Assembly: GCA_020536535.1 (NCBI GenBank)
Contig: JAHLWZ010000826.1
Coordinates: 36,615 to 100,614, forward strand
Origin: Pelomyxa schiedti
Taxonomy: Eukaryota > Protista > Evosea
Length of the DNA stretch: 64,000 nucleotides
Direction of reading: 5' to 3'
Shown here: piece by piece, positions 22,551 to 34,020 of the stretch
How the letters are laid out: the number at the start of each line of letters is the position of its first letter
Numbering within the stretch: the first letter of the stretch is position 1
The notes under the pieces: generated by a model
Seen by the model: only the letters and a program-made list of their open reading frames with translations
Told to the model about the DNA's origin: nothing
The model's database searches: none
Program-made: the position numbers and the translations under genes

Positions 22551-23580
22551 AAGGCTATGGAAATCTTCCCAGTGCTTCAAAATAAAATACAGTTACAAAG
22601 TCATGTGTGAGTTTGTCAAACTCTTATTTGAAGTCTTGTCCAAATTTTATTGCTGTTCATACTATCAACTCCTTTGCTAAAAAGTATCAGGCTCCTATTA
22701 TTATTACTATCTCATAGGGTTTAACATATAAATTTAAGCAGATTTTAATTAGGCAACCTTAGCAACATCAGCTATTTTAAAGATAACTCCAAAGCGGATT
22801 ATTTTTTGGAAAAAACCACAAAAGCTTTTCCATTTGGAAGAAACATGACTCCACATTCTATTAGACACCCCCAATCAACAAATATGGAGAATAATCACAC
22901 TACCTCTTCCCGTGACTCTGCTGGATAAACCATCTGTTACGATTACTCCGACTTGCGATCAAAGAGCTTTGGCAATACAAAGAAAGTCCAGAATATAGTG
23001 CAATGTGCATTGGATTCAATATCTCTTTCGGTGGCATAAGTGTGGATGATGAGCAACAAGAAAATTGGATTTCTCACATCTTTCATCACCGTGAACAGAA
23101 GTATGGGGGAGTACAAGTACAGAAGGTCAATGTTTTTCTATTTTTCGGCTAAATACCGAATTGCTGATTTACATCTGCTCTAAGTGCTGTATTGCTATAG
23201 TTCCTTTCGGTATGATCTTCAAGACTATGAAGATCTTCCCAATGCTTCAAAATAAAATACAGCTACAAAGTCAAGTCGGCTCTTGTATTTGTTAAAATCT
23301 TATTTGAGTTCTTGTCCAGATTTTATTGCTGTTCATATTTTCAACTTCTTTGCTACAAAGTATCAGGCTCCTACTAGTATTATTATTACTATAGGGTTTA
23401 ACATATACATTCAAGCAGCATTTTTATTAGGCGACTGATAACCTTTTCAGCTATTCTGAAGCTAACTCCAAAGCAGATTATTTTTGGATGTAATCCACAA
23501 AATCTTCTCCATGTGGAAGAGAAAGTCCAGAATATAGCATAATGCGCATTCTGTGCCACCATTTGGATTCAATATCTCTT
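22551..23580. repeat. Degenerate direct repeat, ~300-bp core at 22551-22844 and 23221-23523, with no intact ORF
   Basis: Shared blocks such as cttccca.tgcttcaaaataaaatacag.tacaaagtca, aaagtatcaggctccta, tagggtttaacatata and aaagtccagaatatag (22983 and 23523). Confidence 0.85.
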
Positions 23581-23889
23581 TAAATATTCTTTCACAAATA
23601 AGAAGAACAGGAGCGGTACACTACCAAAGGCCGCATTACGCAAGACTGATTGAAACAATAAAATTTGCCCCACGTATGTCAGGAAGCTCAGGTGGCAAGG
23701 TTACTAGTGATCAGATATACATTGGGAGGATACAAGTACCCAGCGTTTTTATGGACTACGTCAAACGCATTTTACTGGACTCTGCATGAGGCCACATGGG
23801 AGAATAAAAAAAAACGAGACAGCGTTCCGGTCTGTTGATTATTTACATTTCTTTCTCCTTTGCTGTGTCCGTGTGTTCTTATCGGGATA

Positions 23890-24050
23890 CCTATGCAGAG
23901 CGAACGAAACATCTGCTGTTGGAAAGAGCCAAGGCGACCATTCCAGCCGTACGGCTGTCCGTTGTGCACCAACCATTACAAGTGCGGCAGGTTCGAGACG
24001 TCATGCCGTCTGTAACTGGTACTATCACCAACAGTTCCCAAAAGAAATGT
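23890..24050 (+). pseudogene. Frameshifted fragment of the long-loop zinc-finger family found at 48-49.5 kb
   Basis: Three frames read KHLLLERAKATIP / QPYGCPLCTNHY / SRRHAVCNWYYHQQ, matching NHLLWQRAKETVP / LYKCPLCTDY / SRQHAVSDLYHHLQ. Confidence 0.6.
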
Positions 24051-24257
24051 CAATGGGATCCAAGCGAGTTCAGAACGGCTCCACGACCTCACGTTGGTCA
24101 GGTCTGAAGCTCCTGCAAATAAAAATAAAAACGAATGTAATGTACATAGAGAGTGACAAATGTTTTAAAAACTGGTTTTCCACACACGGTTCTTACTTGA
24201 TGTTAGGTTCCGCAATTCAAAAAAGGTTTGTGTATGTCTTAACAAGCAGTGGTGGAT

Positions 24258-26716
24258 TTACGGGGTACCCTTGACCACACTAGCAGGCAGGAAGGCGCAG
24301 GACGTCGCCCAGGGTGTTTCATCCCCGGGCCAGTCTGCTGATGCTGTGCACTCCATCATACACAAAAGGTCTTCCCCTTTCGGCACTTCCTTGAGATGCA
24401 CACGGTCCAGTTTCCCTTTGTGTGTCACATTTACAACCTGAAGAACCGTGTTGGGTGTGAGGAGGGTCTCTTCCTCGGAATGTATCACAGACAGAGCACT
24501 GATATCAACACCGGAGACTTGGTCAATTTCAAAAAGAGTTTTGGGACTCTTTGTGGCCTTGTTAGTGAACATACTTGCTGTGGAGAGTTTTCTACTGCAG
24601 CTCGTGAAGGACACCCAGATGACATACTTTCCTTTCACATACTGTGTGGTGGGATCAGATGCCGCTTGAAAGTTTTCCAAGCCCCGGTACACCTTTCCTG
24701 GTTTTAGAGGGCATTTCTTGAGTGCTTGCAGGAGATACCCCGTGATATCAATGTCTATTGCGGTGGGTTTCCTATGGTGAAGTGTGTAGTTCAGGCTCTG
24801 GAAAAACAAGTCTGTGGTGTACAGTGAAACGATGCGGATTTCATCATCACTGAGCCCATACAGCCCTCTGGACCTGTTCACAACGCTCTCTACTGCAGTA
24901 TTTCTGAAGTTTGGGCTGGTCTCGAGCAGTGCTCTCAGGGGAATTGTGGGACCTTGTTCAGGGAGAGGGAAAGAGAACTTTCCTCTCACTGTGTCACGAA
25001 CCTTGACCACACATGTATCACTGTGGTTCCATCTTCTCAGAGTTATCAGTGCCCTGAAAGCTTCCGCAATGCGGGGATCGACAGCAACTTGAACTTCAGG
25101 CGTTTCTCGGCTGTTGAGGTGCTGCTGAAGGTTTTCGTCGATAGGTGAGTCCTGTACGTCAACCCTTTTCTCAAAGCGTTCCCATTTGGTTGTCCATTCT
25201 TCTGGGACAGGCACAGGAGCCATGTTTTTCCATGCAATGGTTCTTCCACAGGGTTTGGTGAGCTCTGGGTGGCGCCCTTCTGTTGTTCGTTCGTAGTAGC
25301 ACGCCAGTTGGTATTCAAAGCACAGTTTAAGCTCTTCAATCCTGAACAGTTGATCCTCTGATGGTGACCACCAGCTTGTTTCATTTCGCCGATTGTAGTG
25401 GTCCTGGCACAAGCCTTTCAATTCTGCCTTTCTTGTATTGTCCAGCTTGGCAATCTCTTGGTTCACTGCTTCTTGGTTTGGTTGCGGTATCAGGGTGCGC
25501 AGTATTCTCATTGCCCTGCCAGTTTTTGCTGGCGTTTTGGGGTCTGATAGGTACTTTTCCACTTGTATGTCGGTGAACCGGCACGTCCGAGATGTTGTGG
25601 AGCTTGCGGACCAGTCGAAAACAGTGCTACTTGGTCCAGAGATCTTGTTAATATCCCATTCAAACACGTTGAAAGAGCTCCAAGTTTCCGCAAATAGTGG
25701 CCTCTTTCCACACACAGTGTTTCCTTCGCAACCTTCAACAAGAACCCACACATTCTGACAGTGAGGGCAGCGCCTGAATGGAGAATTGTGGTTGAGATAC
25801 AGCTCGCCCTTACAGTGGTTCCTTATCTCCAGCAGTTGCCTCTTGAACTCTTTCTTCATTTCGCCACTGAAGAGGAGGCTTCCTTCACTGCCTCCCAATT
25901 CTTCTGAGAACTGGGCCTGATACTTGGGAATGAGATCGTACATTGTAGCTTTGAAGGAAAATGCAAAATCCCTCTTCGTAGCTCCCTCCATTGTATTCAT
26001 TCGTTGGGTTCCTGACTCGGTCAATTTCTGAAAGTGGCTGACGTACTTGTTGTAGATAGCTCTCATTTTCAAGTCATTTGGGGCCAAGTTGAAGTACGAA
26101 ACGAGCTGAGCCGGCGCGATTCTTACGTCGATTGGTTGGATTACATCAAGTGATTCCAGGAAAGTCATCAATTCAGCCTTTGAAGTGTCTCTGGCAGTTA
26201 CCAGAATATGGTTCAGACCCAGATCACCCGCTACGCCCATGATTTCCGCAGCAGTGATCGAAGGTATCAAGTCGCTCTTTGTGACAATCATGGCGATGTT
26301 GTGTTCAAACTCCTCAATGAATGGGGTTACGAGATCGCTGATGGCTTTCTCTACACCATCGAGGCGGTCTTTGAGGGAGCAAACCATTAAAAGGCAAGTA
26401 ACTGGCTTGAATCTCAAAGCTCCTAACAGATCCAGAGCATGATCAACACGTCCTTTTCTGGAATTGAGCCCTGGTGTATCTGCGAGCCAGTATCTATTCT
26501 CAACAGGGAATACCTGTAATTTCTGGTGTTAAAAAAATAATGTGTCAACCACCTAACCTTCGATTTTAGGGTGAATGATTCTGGAGCGTTTGAGCTGAGC
26601 CCAGTCCGTCCCGTTAGCTTTTCACACAGAGTGGACTTCCCTGAACCAACATCTCCCATCAACACAAAAAACGGAGTTGTGCCCTTGCCTCGTCCAGAAA
26701 CCACAGCCGCACTCAT
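24258..26716 (-). CDS. TRAFAC (AIG1/GIMAP- or MMR_HSR1-like) GTPase + CPHC..GC..CG module + C-terminal R-S-E mono-ADP-ribosyltransferase
   Basis: Exon 1 has G1 LMGDVGSGKST. The intron at 26514-26557 joins it in frame to YWLADTPG (G3); G4-like VTKSD follows. RRCPHCQNVWVLVEGCEGNTVCG. ART motifs: SLYT..FF..LN, VYRG, WVSFTSCS, SEEETLLTPNT.L.V. Confidence 0.85.
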
Positions 26717-27095
26717 CTTTTTTCAAAGTAGTAAAATTCTGTCTTGGTCTGTTTAAAAAGTATCACTCGAGTACCAAGTTGGAAGACTAAGTAGGTCAAC
26801 TTGTGAAAACTACCTTTTTGCAGATTTAGTGTGCGAAGGTGATGATTACTAAATTGTGGGTCCTTTTAAGGCCACAGACCGAACATAATAAAAGAGAATT
26901 CTCCGCACGCCTCTTCACGACCTCCGCATATTTAGCGATGTATTTTGCCAAACATACAGGCCTGGCCTGGGTGTGCTTGATTTAATGTGTTCGCTGCAGA
27001 AGAAAATGTTATGAAGTTTGGTGTTAATTGAGAGTAAGTACACAAGTCTGTGTAGTTCAGTAATTTGCTTGTGGATAGGGCACTTCATCCTACCT

Positions 27096-29334
27096 TCATT
27101 CACAGGGCATCCACGCATCTGTACACACGTCCTCTGCCTCTACGTCGGTGTCAGTGATTCCCAGCATTTTCTTCGATGCTTTGACATGTAAGTCCGATGC
27201 AACAACGAACTTCATCATGTGCTCCTTGGCAAACGAGGCCGTCATTTCAGGGAACAGTCGCATGAGCATCTTCCACGTGCCAACTTGTGATCGTATTGTC
27301 TGTGGGTATATCGGGTCGGTCATTATGCCAATCTTTATGGTGGGTTAAGTATATTATGTATGAGAAGAAAACCATCATAATACCTGATGCAATGTCACAT
27401 GGAACTTGTTGATCAACCACTCTGCACAACTTTTCTTGTTATAGGTAATCAACTCACCAAGTAATTGGTTGTTATTCTTCGTCACCTGCTCTTCATCCAA
27501 GTGGAACCGCTGAATGAGCCACTTCACAACTTTCCCTGAACGAACAGAGGATGACAAGGCCAAAGAAACGTTAAATGAAGAGAAGTTGAGATGCCATGAA
27601 ATCTGCCTGGCTTGTGAGACATCACTCCTAAACAAAAGTTGGGAAATTGCATGCTCTCTGTCAGAGCTTGGGACATATGCAGAGCCAAATGTTTTCATCA
27701 GAAGCAGTGCAAGTTCCATGTATCCTTGGCGGAGTATGCAGTGAACAGCCTGACCCACAGTTTCTTCACTGATGTTCCTCACTGAGCAATTTTCCAGGAA
27801 CCATTGAATTCCACCGATTCCACCACCGTTAGAGTAACACAAAATGTCACTGAATATTCCAGCAGTCTCCCAGGAGTTTGCATTCACGAGGTCCATCACA
27901 TGGAATTTGTTGTTCAGCCAGTGCGCAACAGATGTGTTGTTATGAGAAAGGGCCTTTGAAAGGCACTGCCTCTTGTCATATTCTGTAATGCGCAGGGTCA
28001 TTTTTGTCAACAGGCACTGAAGTACTGCAACACTGTCTCTCTTGTTCCCACATACCCAAATGAATGTGGAAGGTTCCACTGTTCCAACACTGTCAGGGAA
28101 ACAAAGTATCAACCACTCGACGAGTTCTTCATCTGCAATGTGTTGCGCTACCCAACGCAGAGTGTCTTGTGTTGGTTTGATTGAAAACGCGTTTATCCAC
28201 CACCTTAGGCCTTTTGCATTGGTGATGCACTCAAGGTTGACACTTGACAATGAAAATCTTTCCTTGATCCACTGGCAGCCTTCCTCAAATTCAAACCCCG
28301 TCGATGGAGAGGATTGTATAAAATCCTTCAGTATGGTATTCCCATATGTCTGAGCCTGCCCATAGAACAGCTCTGTACAAAACCTCACAAGTTGCAAGCT
28401 AGAACTGGAAACAAATTGATGGCAATAGGGTATATCTGAGCGGTGCCTAAGAAGTTCATTGCATGCAGTAACTGCACAAGTGGAAGATGCCAGCCACTTC
28501 ACCAAATCAATGTGCCCACACCTAACAGCTGCACGAAACGGCAAAGGAAATTCCCACGGCTCTGCGCCCACTCCAAACTTTGACATCACCCACTTAACAA
28601 CCTCCAGGTGGCCGCCTTTGCATGCATCATACAACAGGCTGTACGGAACGCTCTCACTGGAGCGAATCTCCCTGATGTCATCAATCAAGTCGGGGTCGTT
28701 CACTGGCCACCTCAGTAGTGAGCAACCGCTCCAGTGTGCGCCACCACTCTCAACAAGTTCCTTTGCAATCTCAATGTGCCCTCCTATATTTGAAAAATGT
28801 AAAATAAACAAGTTATTAGTAAATACAAAGAGAGGAATACAAGAAGAATACAAGAACCTAAACAAAATAAATAAAGAAAAAAAAAGTAAAACATAATTAA
28901 CTTAATGCAAACAAATACAGAAATATTATAAATACAAATAACAGACAGAATAGACCTGCACATAAGCCCCTTAGAACAGTAATGCACTCTTTCCTGTTAT
29001 TCCTCGTTTCCTTGTTTCTCAGAATCCAATCAATGCATTTTTTGCTCCCAGCCTCTGCCGCGCACTTGAGTGCGAAATACCGCGACGTCTGAATCCTCCC
29101 ATAATCTTGGGGACACACCTCCCACAAAGTCACCTTCACTCCGCCCATCAACACGCGGCACACCCTCGGCACGAGAGGGAAGAGCGCGTCCGCAACACCC
29201 ATCAGCCAAGTGCACTGCGACGCCGTGAGCGGCACCCCGCGATTATGGGACGGCAGCACCATAGTGGCCTCTACGACGTACTCCCAAGCAATCTGAGACA
29301 CAGTCACTACGTTTCGCAGGGTTTCGTCGCACAT
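27096..29334 (-). CDS. Lineage-expanded ankyrin-like repeat protein (3 exons)
   Basis: ECITVLRGLCAG|GHIEIAKELV; LYDACKGGHLEVVKWV; AVRCGHIDLVKWL; C-terminal TWKMLMRLFP after an in-frame intron. Confidence 0.75.
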
Positions 29335-29433
29335 TAAAACCCAATGACAACTAACACTACGATGATCAAAAATCGGGAAAAAGAAAAAAAAACTGCTGTA
29401 CAACAAGCCGATTGATTACGGCACATTATCTAC

Positions 29434-32032
29434 TTACTGCCATCTGACCATCCAGCTCTCGTTGGTCACCCCAGTGGGTCCATACTCCTCATAGAATGAG
29501 CGGGGGAGAAGCATATCTTCAAACACGGGAAGACTGCACAAGGTGGAACCACCAATCCAGGCAGAGTGGGCACGACTTCTGGCGTCTGGTGGCACCACTT
29601 GGATATTCATCTGGGTCGGTCCAAAAATACCCTCAAGCTCTTGTTTGAGCCTCTCATCAAAACCAGGAGCATTGCAGGTTCCACCACAGGGAACAATATT
29701 TCCAAGCAGGTTAGTTTGAATGCTTGTGTCTGTAAATGTGTTTATTACATCCCACACTGCGGTGTGCAAACCCACATGTTCAGTTTGTGCTCCAAACAGA
29801 AGGCATGGATCATAAAGTAGCTCCATGCATTGAGTCAGTTCATTGGGGGCGCAGGACGGTTCTTTTGTGGTCCCAGAAGGAAAATACATAACACTTGCCT
29901 TCTCGATTTTAAGGTTCTCAATATAACTCAGTTGAGGGCACCCAGTCCAAAGAATCCGGCACATAAGGGAATCAAAGGAGTGGAGGTAATCAGTGATATC
30001 CTTTCCCCCAAACTTCAAAACCCTGCCTTGCACGGGGGTTCCGTCAATAACGGGAACGCACTGTATGGCACCATGACCAACATCAACCGCGATCCCAGTA
30101 GTTGTACCATGTGCCATAAGAGCCAATGCATGTTGCGAAGCAAAGTAGAGTGCTGGCACTTTGAAACACTCAAACATGATTTCAGCCATCTTAGCGCCGC
30201 TTTCCTTCGTGGTATTCACATATTGAGTAAGCAGGACGGGCTGGTCAGTTGGCTCAGCTCTGAGCTTCTGCAAGAATTTATTCAGTAAGGCTTCAAAATA
30301 TTAAATTGGGGTTTCTCTCACCTTGTAGCCTTTTCTCAATACATTCTCAACTTCCTCCCAATTTTGAATCACGCCGCGGTCAACAGCGTTTGATGCATAA
30401 TCACCATCGTAACGATGATAGGCCATTGGAGCTTCGTAACCAGCATAACCAAACTTGGAAGAATGGCTGCCTATGTCAATAACTACAGTGTGACCTTCCC
30501 CAGCATTGCACGGCTCAGAAAAAACTTGGTTTGTTGGAAAGTGGGGTTCTTCAGTAGTACAGCTATTGCGAGCCTGACGTGTCTCACACTGTTGTTGAGC
30601 TTCCATCTCACAAGCAGAACGTATTTCTTCCGCAAGAATCTCCGCCAAGGTTCCACCTGGCACTGGCCATATAAACCGCTTTCTGAAGAATAGTAAATCC
30701 TCAAGTTCTTCCCTTAATTCCGTTGACCCCAATGCAACAGCTTTTTCAAAGTATATGATTGCTTTGTTTATGTCATCCACACCTGGTACACCATTTCCGT
30801 CACGGTAAAGTACCCCAAGCTAAACATTGTTAGCAACGTAAAGTGAGATTAAAGAACTACACACCGCTCCAATGCTCCTCACATCTCCTTTGTCAGCGGC
30901 ACTTAGAAGAAGCCCAATGATATGATCAGAAAGTGAAGTTCTGTCAGGATCTGAGGCGCACGAAGATTGCACCGCCTCGGTCAAAGAGTACCCTGCACCC
31001 ATGAGAATCACATTATGGAACAGGATATCCGCAGCTGCGACATCTCTTTCAAGTGTATAGTCCCCACAGAATAGAGCGCATGCAAGTTGCGACATGGCCT
31101 CTTTGGAACCAAGATCTGCAGCTCTTCTGAGGTGCTTGAGGAATTTAGATTTGCTTCCACTGATTTTGTAAAACATTCCAAGTATAAACTCGGCCCCGGC
31201 ATGCCCCCTCGCTACTGCGGCCTTTGCCAAGAATTCGAAGTCGGGAGACTTACGGTGAAAGAGAACTGCTAGGAAAATAGGCTCAAGAAGCGCCTGGATG
31301 AAGAACAAACGGTATTCTGGGGGAACAGAATAGTGTAGGAAGTCCTCAAAATCTGAGCCTGGTTCTTGAAAGAAGTTTTTGAGGCGAGTGAAGAAAAGAA
31401 GCTGTAGAAAGTGCTTTCCTTCGTAGCGCTCACATGCCCTGTTCAAACAGCGCTGTATTTCTTCCTGGAACAGAAGTCACCAAAGACAGGAACGAGATTG
31501 GAAAACCTTGCTGTAAGTAAGGGCAGAAAGACCCAATTCCTCATATCGGAGCAAAATGAGTGGGCTAAAAGCCTCTTTGAAGAAGTTGAGGCCCTTCCCC
31601 GGTATCAACAATGAAAGAAGCACTCCTGGTAGCGGAAAGTCGATATCGCACACTGCAGCATCCAAAAGTGACTGCACAGCTTCAATGTACTGTCCAGAAC
31701 ACGCTTGCCATAGTCCCTCACAAGTGAGCTCAATCTTGTCCACTTTTTTTTTGTTTTTTTAGCTTTAGTACAACAGACAAGATGTACACACAAAAGGTGA
31801 TCGTGACAATTATCCTCCTTATCTCCGGAGGTAAGTCCCAGCGAAGGTTCGTTGCCATAGCCGTCACAACAACTCCATCAACCTGTGGGGTATGTCCTTG
31901 TGTTGTGGGTGTTGGCGTGCAGCACAGCAGGAATGAAACAGCTCGAGTCCTCCATGGCTCAGGTGCACAGTCCTGTGGCCAAACTGGTATGTCTTTTTGG
32001 GGTGTCATAAGAAGCGGATACAATGCATCCAT
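29434..32032 (-). CDS. Spliced fusion gene: F-box-like N-terminus + Sel1 repeats + divergent actin/ARP domain
   Basis: LPPEIRRII. Sel1 repeats AEFILGMFY...LRRAADLGSKEAMSQLA and GA|LGVLYRDGNGVPGVDDINKAIIYFEKAVALG (intron 30820-30864). The same exon continues into actin VVIDIGSHSSKFGYAG. Intron 30268-30321 leads to PVLLT...KMAEIMFECFKVPALY...TGIAVDVGHG...WIGGSTLCSL. Confidence 0.8.
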
Positions 32033-32281
32033 TGTTTGTGGTTGGAGTGGTTTTTCCTTTCGAGACTGTGCTTCAATTAAAAAAAGGTCATTGTGTGAAC
32101 TTGGTTGCAGTTATATCAGTTGTTGCTGCTGGTGGCAAGTTGGGTTGAGTTGGCCGCAAAATTTTTCTTAGCAAGTTGTTCGGGAAGTGGGCCCCATAAA
32201 TGGGTGTGTTTGTGCGTTCGACCGCTTGTTGTTGATCAAAAAACTACTTTCGAAGAAACCACGCGCGAATCAGCTAGTTTG

Positions 32282-33931
32282 ATGGCCAACATCACCTGCA
32301 GGTCCAACGAGGTCAAGCGCGTACTGGCAATCTCCCGCGTACTATGGGAGAATGTAATCGCCCCCCGCACCGCGATGGCGTCGCGTGCCTCGACGAGGGC
32401 CAACAACTACGCGGAGCCCGGCGCCCCGCGGCAGGTCCTGGCGCTGCGCGACGAGTGCATGTGGGTGATGCGAGCAGCCGAGGCCCTGTTCCCCCTGGTC
32501 CCCCGCGCCTGCTCCGCCGTGGTCGCCGGGGCCGGGGAGCCGCCTCAGCCTACGTCGCCGGCGGCCCAGCGCCCCCCCCTCGCGGCTCCGCGTCCGGGCG
32601 GCCTGGGGCAGCTACTGGCGGTGCACCTCGTCCTACTCGGCTGGAGTGGGCGGCGATGGCAGGGGGGGGGAGGGGAGGTGCGTGGCGTGGCGTGGATGCT
32701 GGGGCGGAGGGAGAAGGCCCGGGCCAGGCCGGGGGACCCGATGGGTCACGGGGGCAGGGTCAGGACTAAGGAGTGCATGGCTGTGCTCAGGGGGCTGTGT
32801 GGGGGCCACATGGATTCCGCTGTTAGGTTCGTGGGGCCTGGCGATGGAGGTGCAGCTACTCCCAGCACCGGTTCGACGCCGGGGGATTCTGTTTCTGTTC
32901 AGGGTTCTGGGGAAGCGGTCTGCAAGGTTCCTGGGCGGAATTCCATGTGGGGGTTGTGCTGGGAGGATCATGTTGTGGGGTGTGGGGCTGAGTGTGAGGT
33001 GAGGGACTGGATGGGGAGGAGCGGACTGGGGGATTCACGGCTGACCTGTGTGTGCAGGGAGGGCAGCTACAGGTTGCGAAGTGGATTGTGACAAGGTTCA
33101 GGGTGGAGCAGTGGGAGCTATGGTGGCCGCTGTTGGAAGCTCTGATAAGTGGTCGCCTGGAGGTTTGCAAGTGGCTTTCCGGGTGTTTCGATGTGAGGCT
33201 TGCTGCTGAAGCTGTTGGATCGTTCCCATTGCAGCAATGCGCCTTTGTGAGCGGCAACGTTCAAGCGCTGGAATGGCTTCTTGACATCTTCCCAATGGAA
33301 GGAACCCCTACCAGTGCTTTGGTGGAATATTTTCTACGAAACAACACCACAGCCGTTGGCCTTGAATGGATTACAAAGAAGTTTCCATTGGCTGCCTGGG
33401 GCTCCTTGTACCTGACCGAGGGAAAAACTCAGAGAGCCCTGATCCAGAAAGGCTTGGTGAGGGCTTCACATCCCTTTTCCCGAAAAACTTGTGAGTAGTG
33501 TTTTCCATAACGTGAAGGACAACGTCCCCGTGGTGCAGCTTATTTTACAGAGGATTAGTCTCCCAGAAAAAATTATGGAAACTGCCGTTGATGTTGCACT
33601 GTCTGTTGGAAACGTAGCAGTTGCTGACTGGTTGGAAGGCAGATATCACATCACAGCAAACTTGAGGCCAGGTTGTCTGAGAAAACTAACAAGCGCAGCC
33701 TCTGGTGGGCGTGAATCGTTGAAGTGGCTGTTTCAGCATGCACCTGCTGACATATTTGAGCGAGATGAAGTCTGTAGGGCAGTCCAGAGCTGTGCCATGT
33801 CTGAAGACACCCAGGGGGCACTATTCCTTCTGCAGAGGTTTCACATTCCATGTACTGATAGGAGTCTAGCAACCAAATGGCTACAAAACCAAACCATAAA
33901 AAAAAACCCACCCATCACCCATTTCATCTAA
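32282..33931 (+). pseudogene. Ankyrin-like family member with several frameshifts
   Basis: ISRVLWENVI, AAEALFPLVPRAC and KECMAVLRGLCGGH. Frame changes at ~33060 (CREG|QLQVAKW) and ~33490 (|HNVKDNVPVV). Confidence 0.6.
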
Positions 33932-34020
33932 CCCGTAGCTTGAGCATCTTGGTATTGCTTTTTCACTCTACTGATTTTTTTTTTCTTCCTTCACTTATTG
34001 ATTTTCATACCCCATACCTT

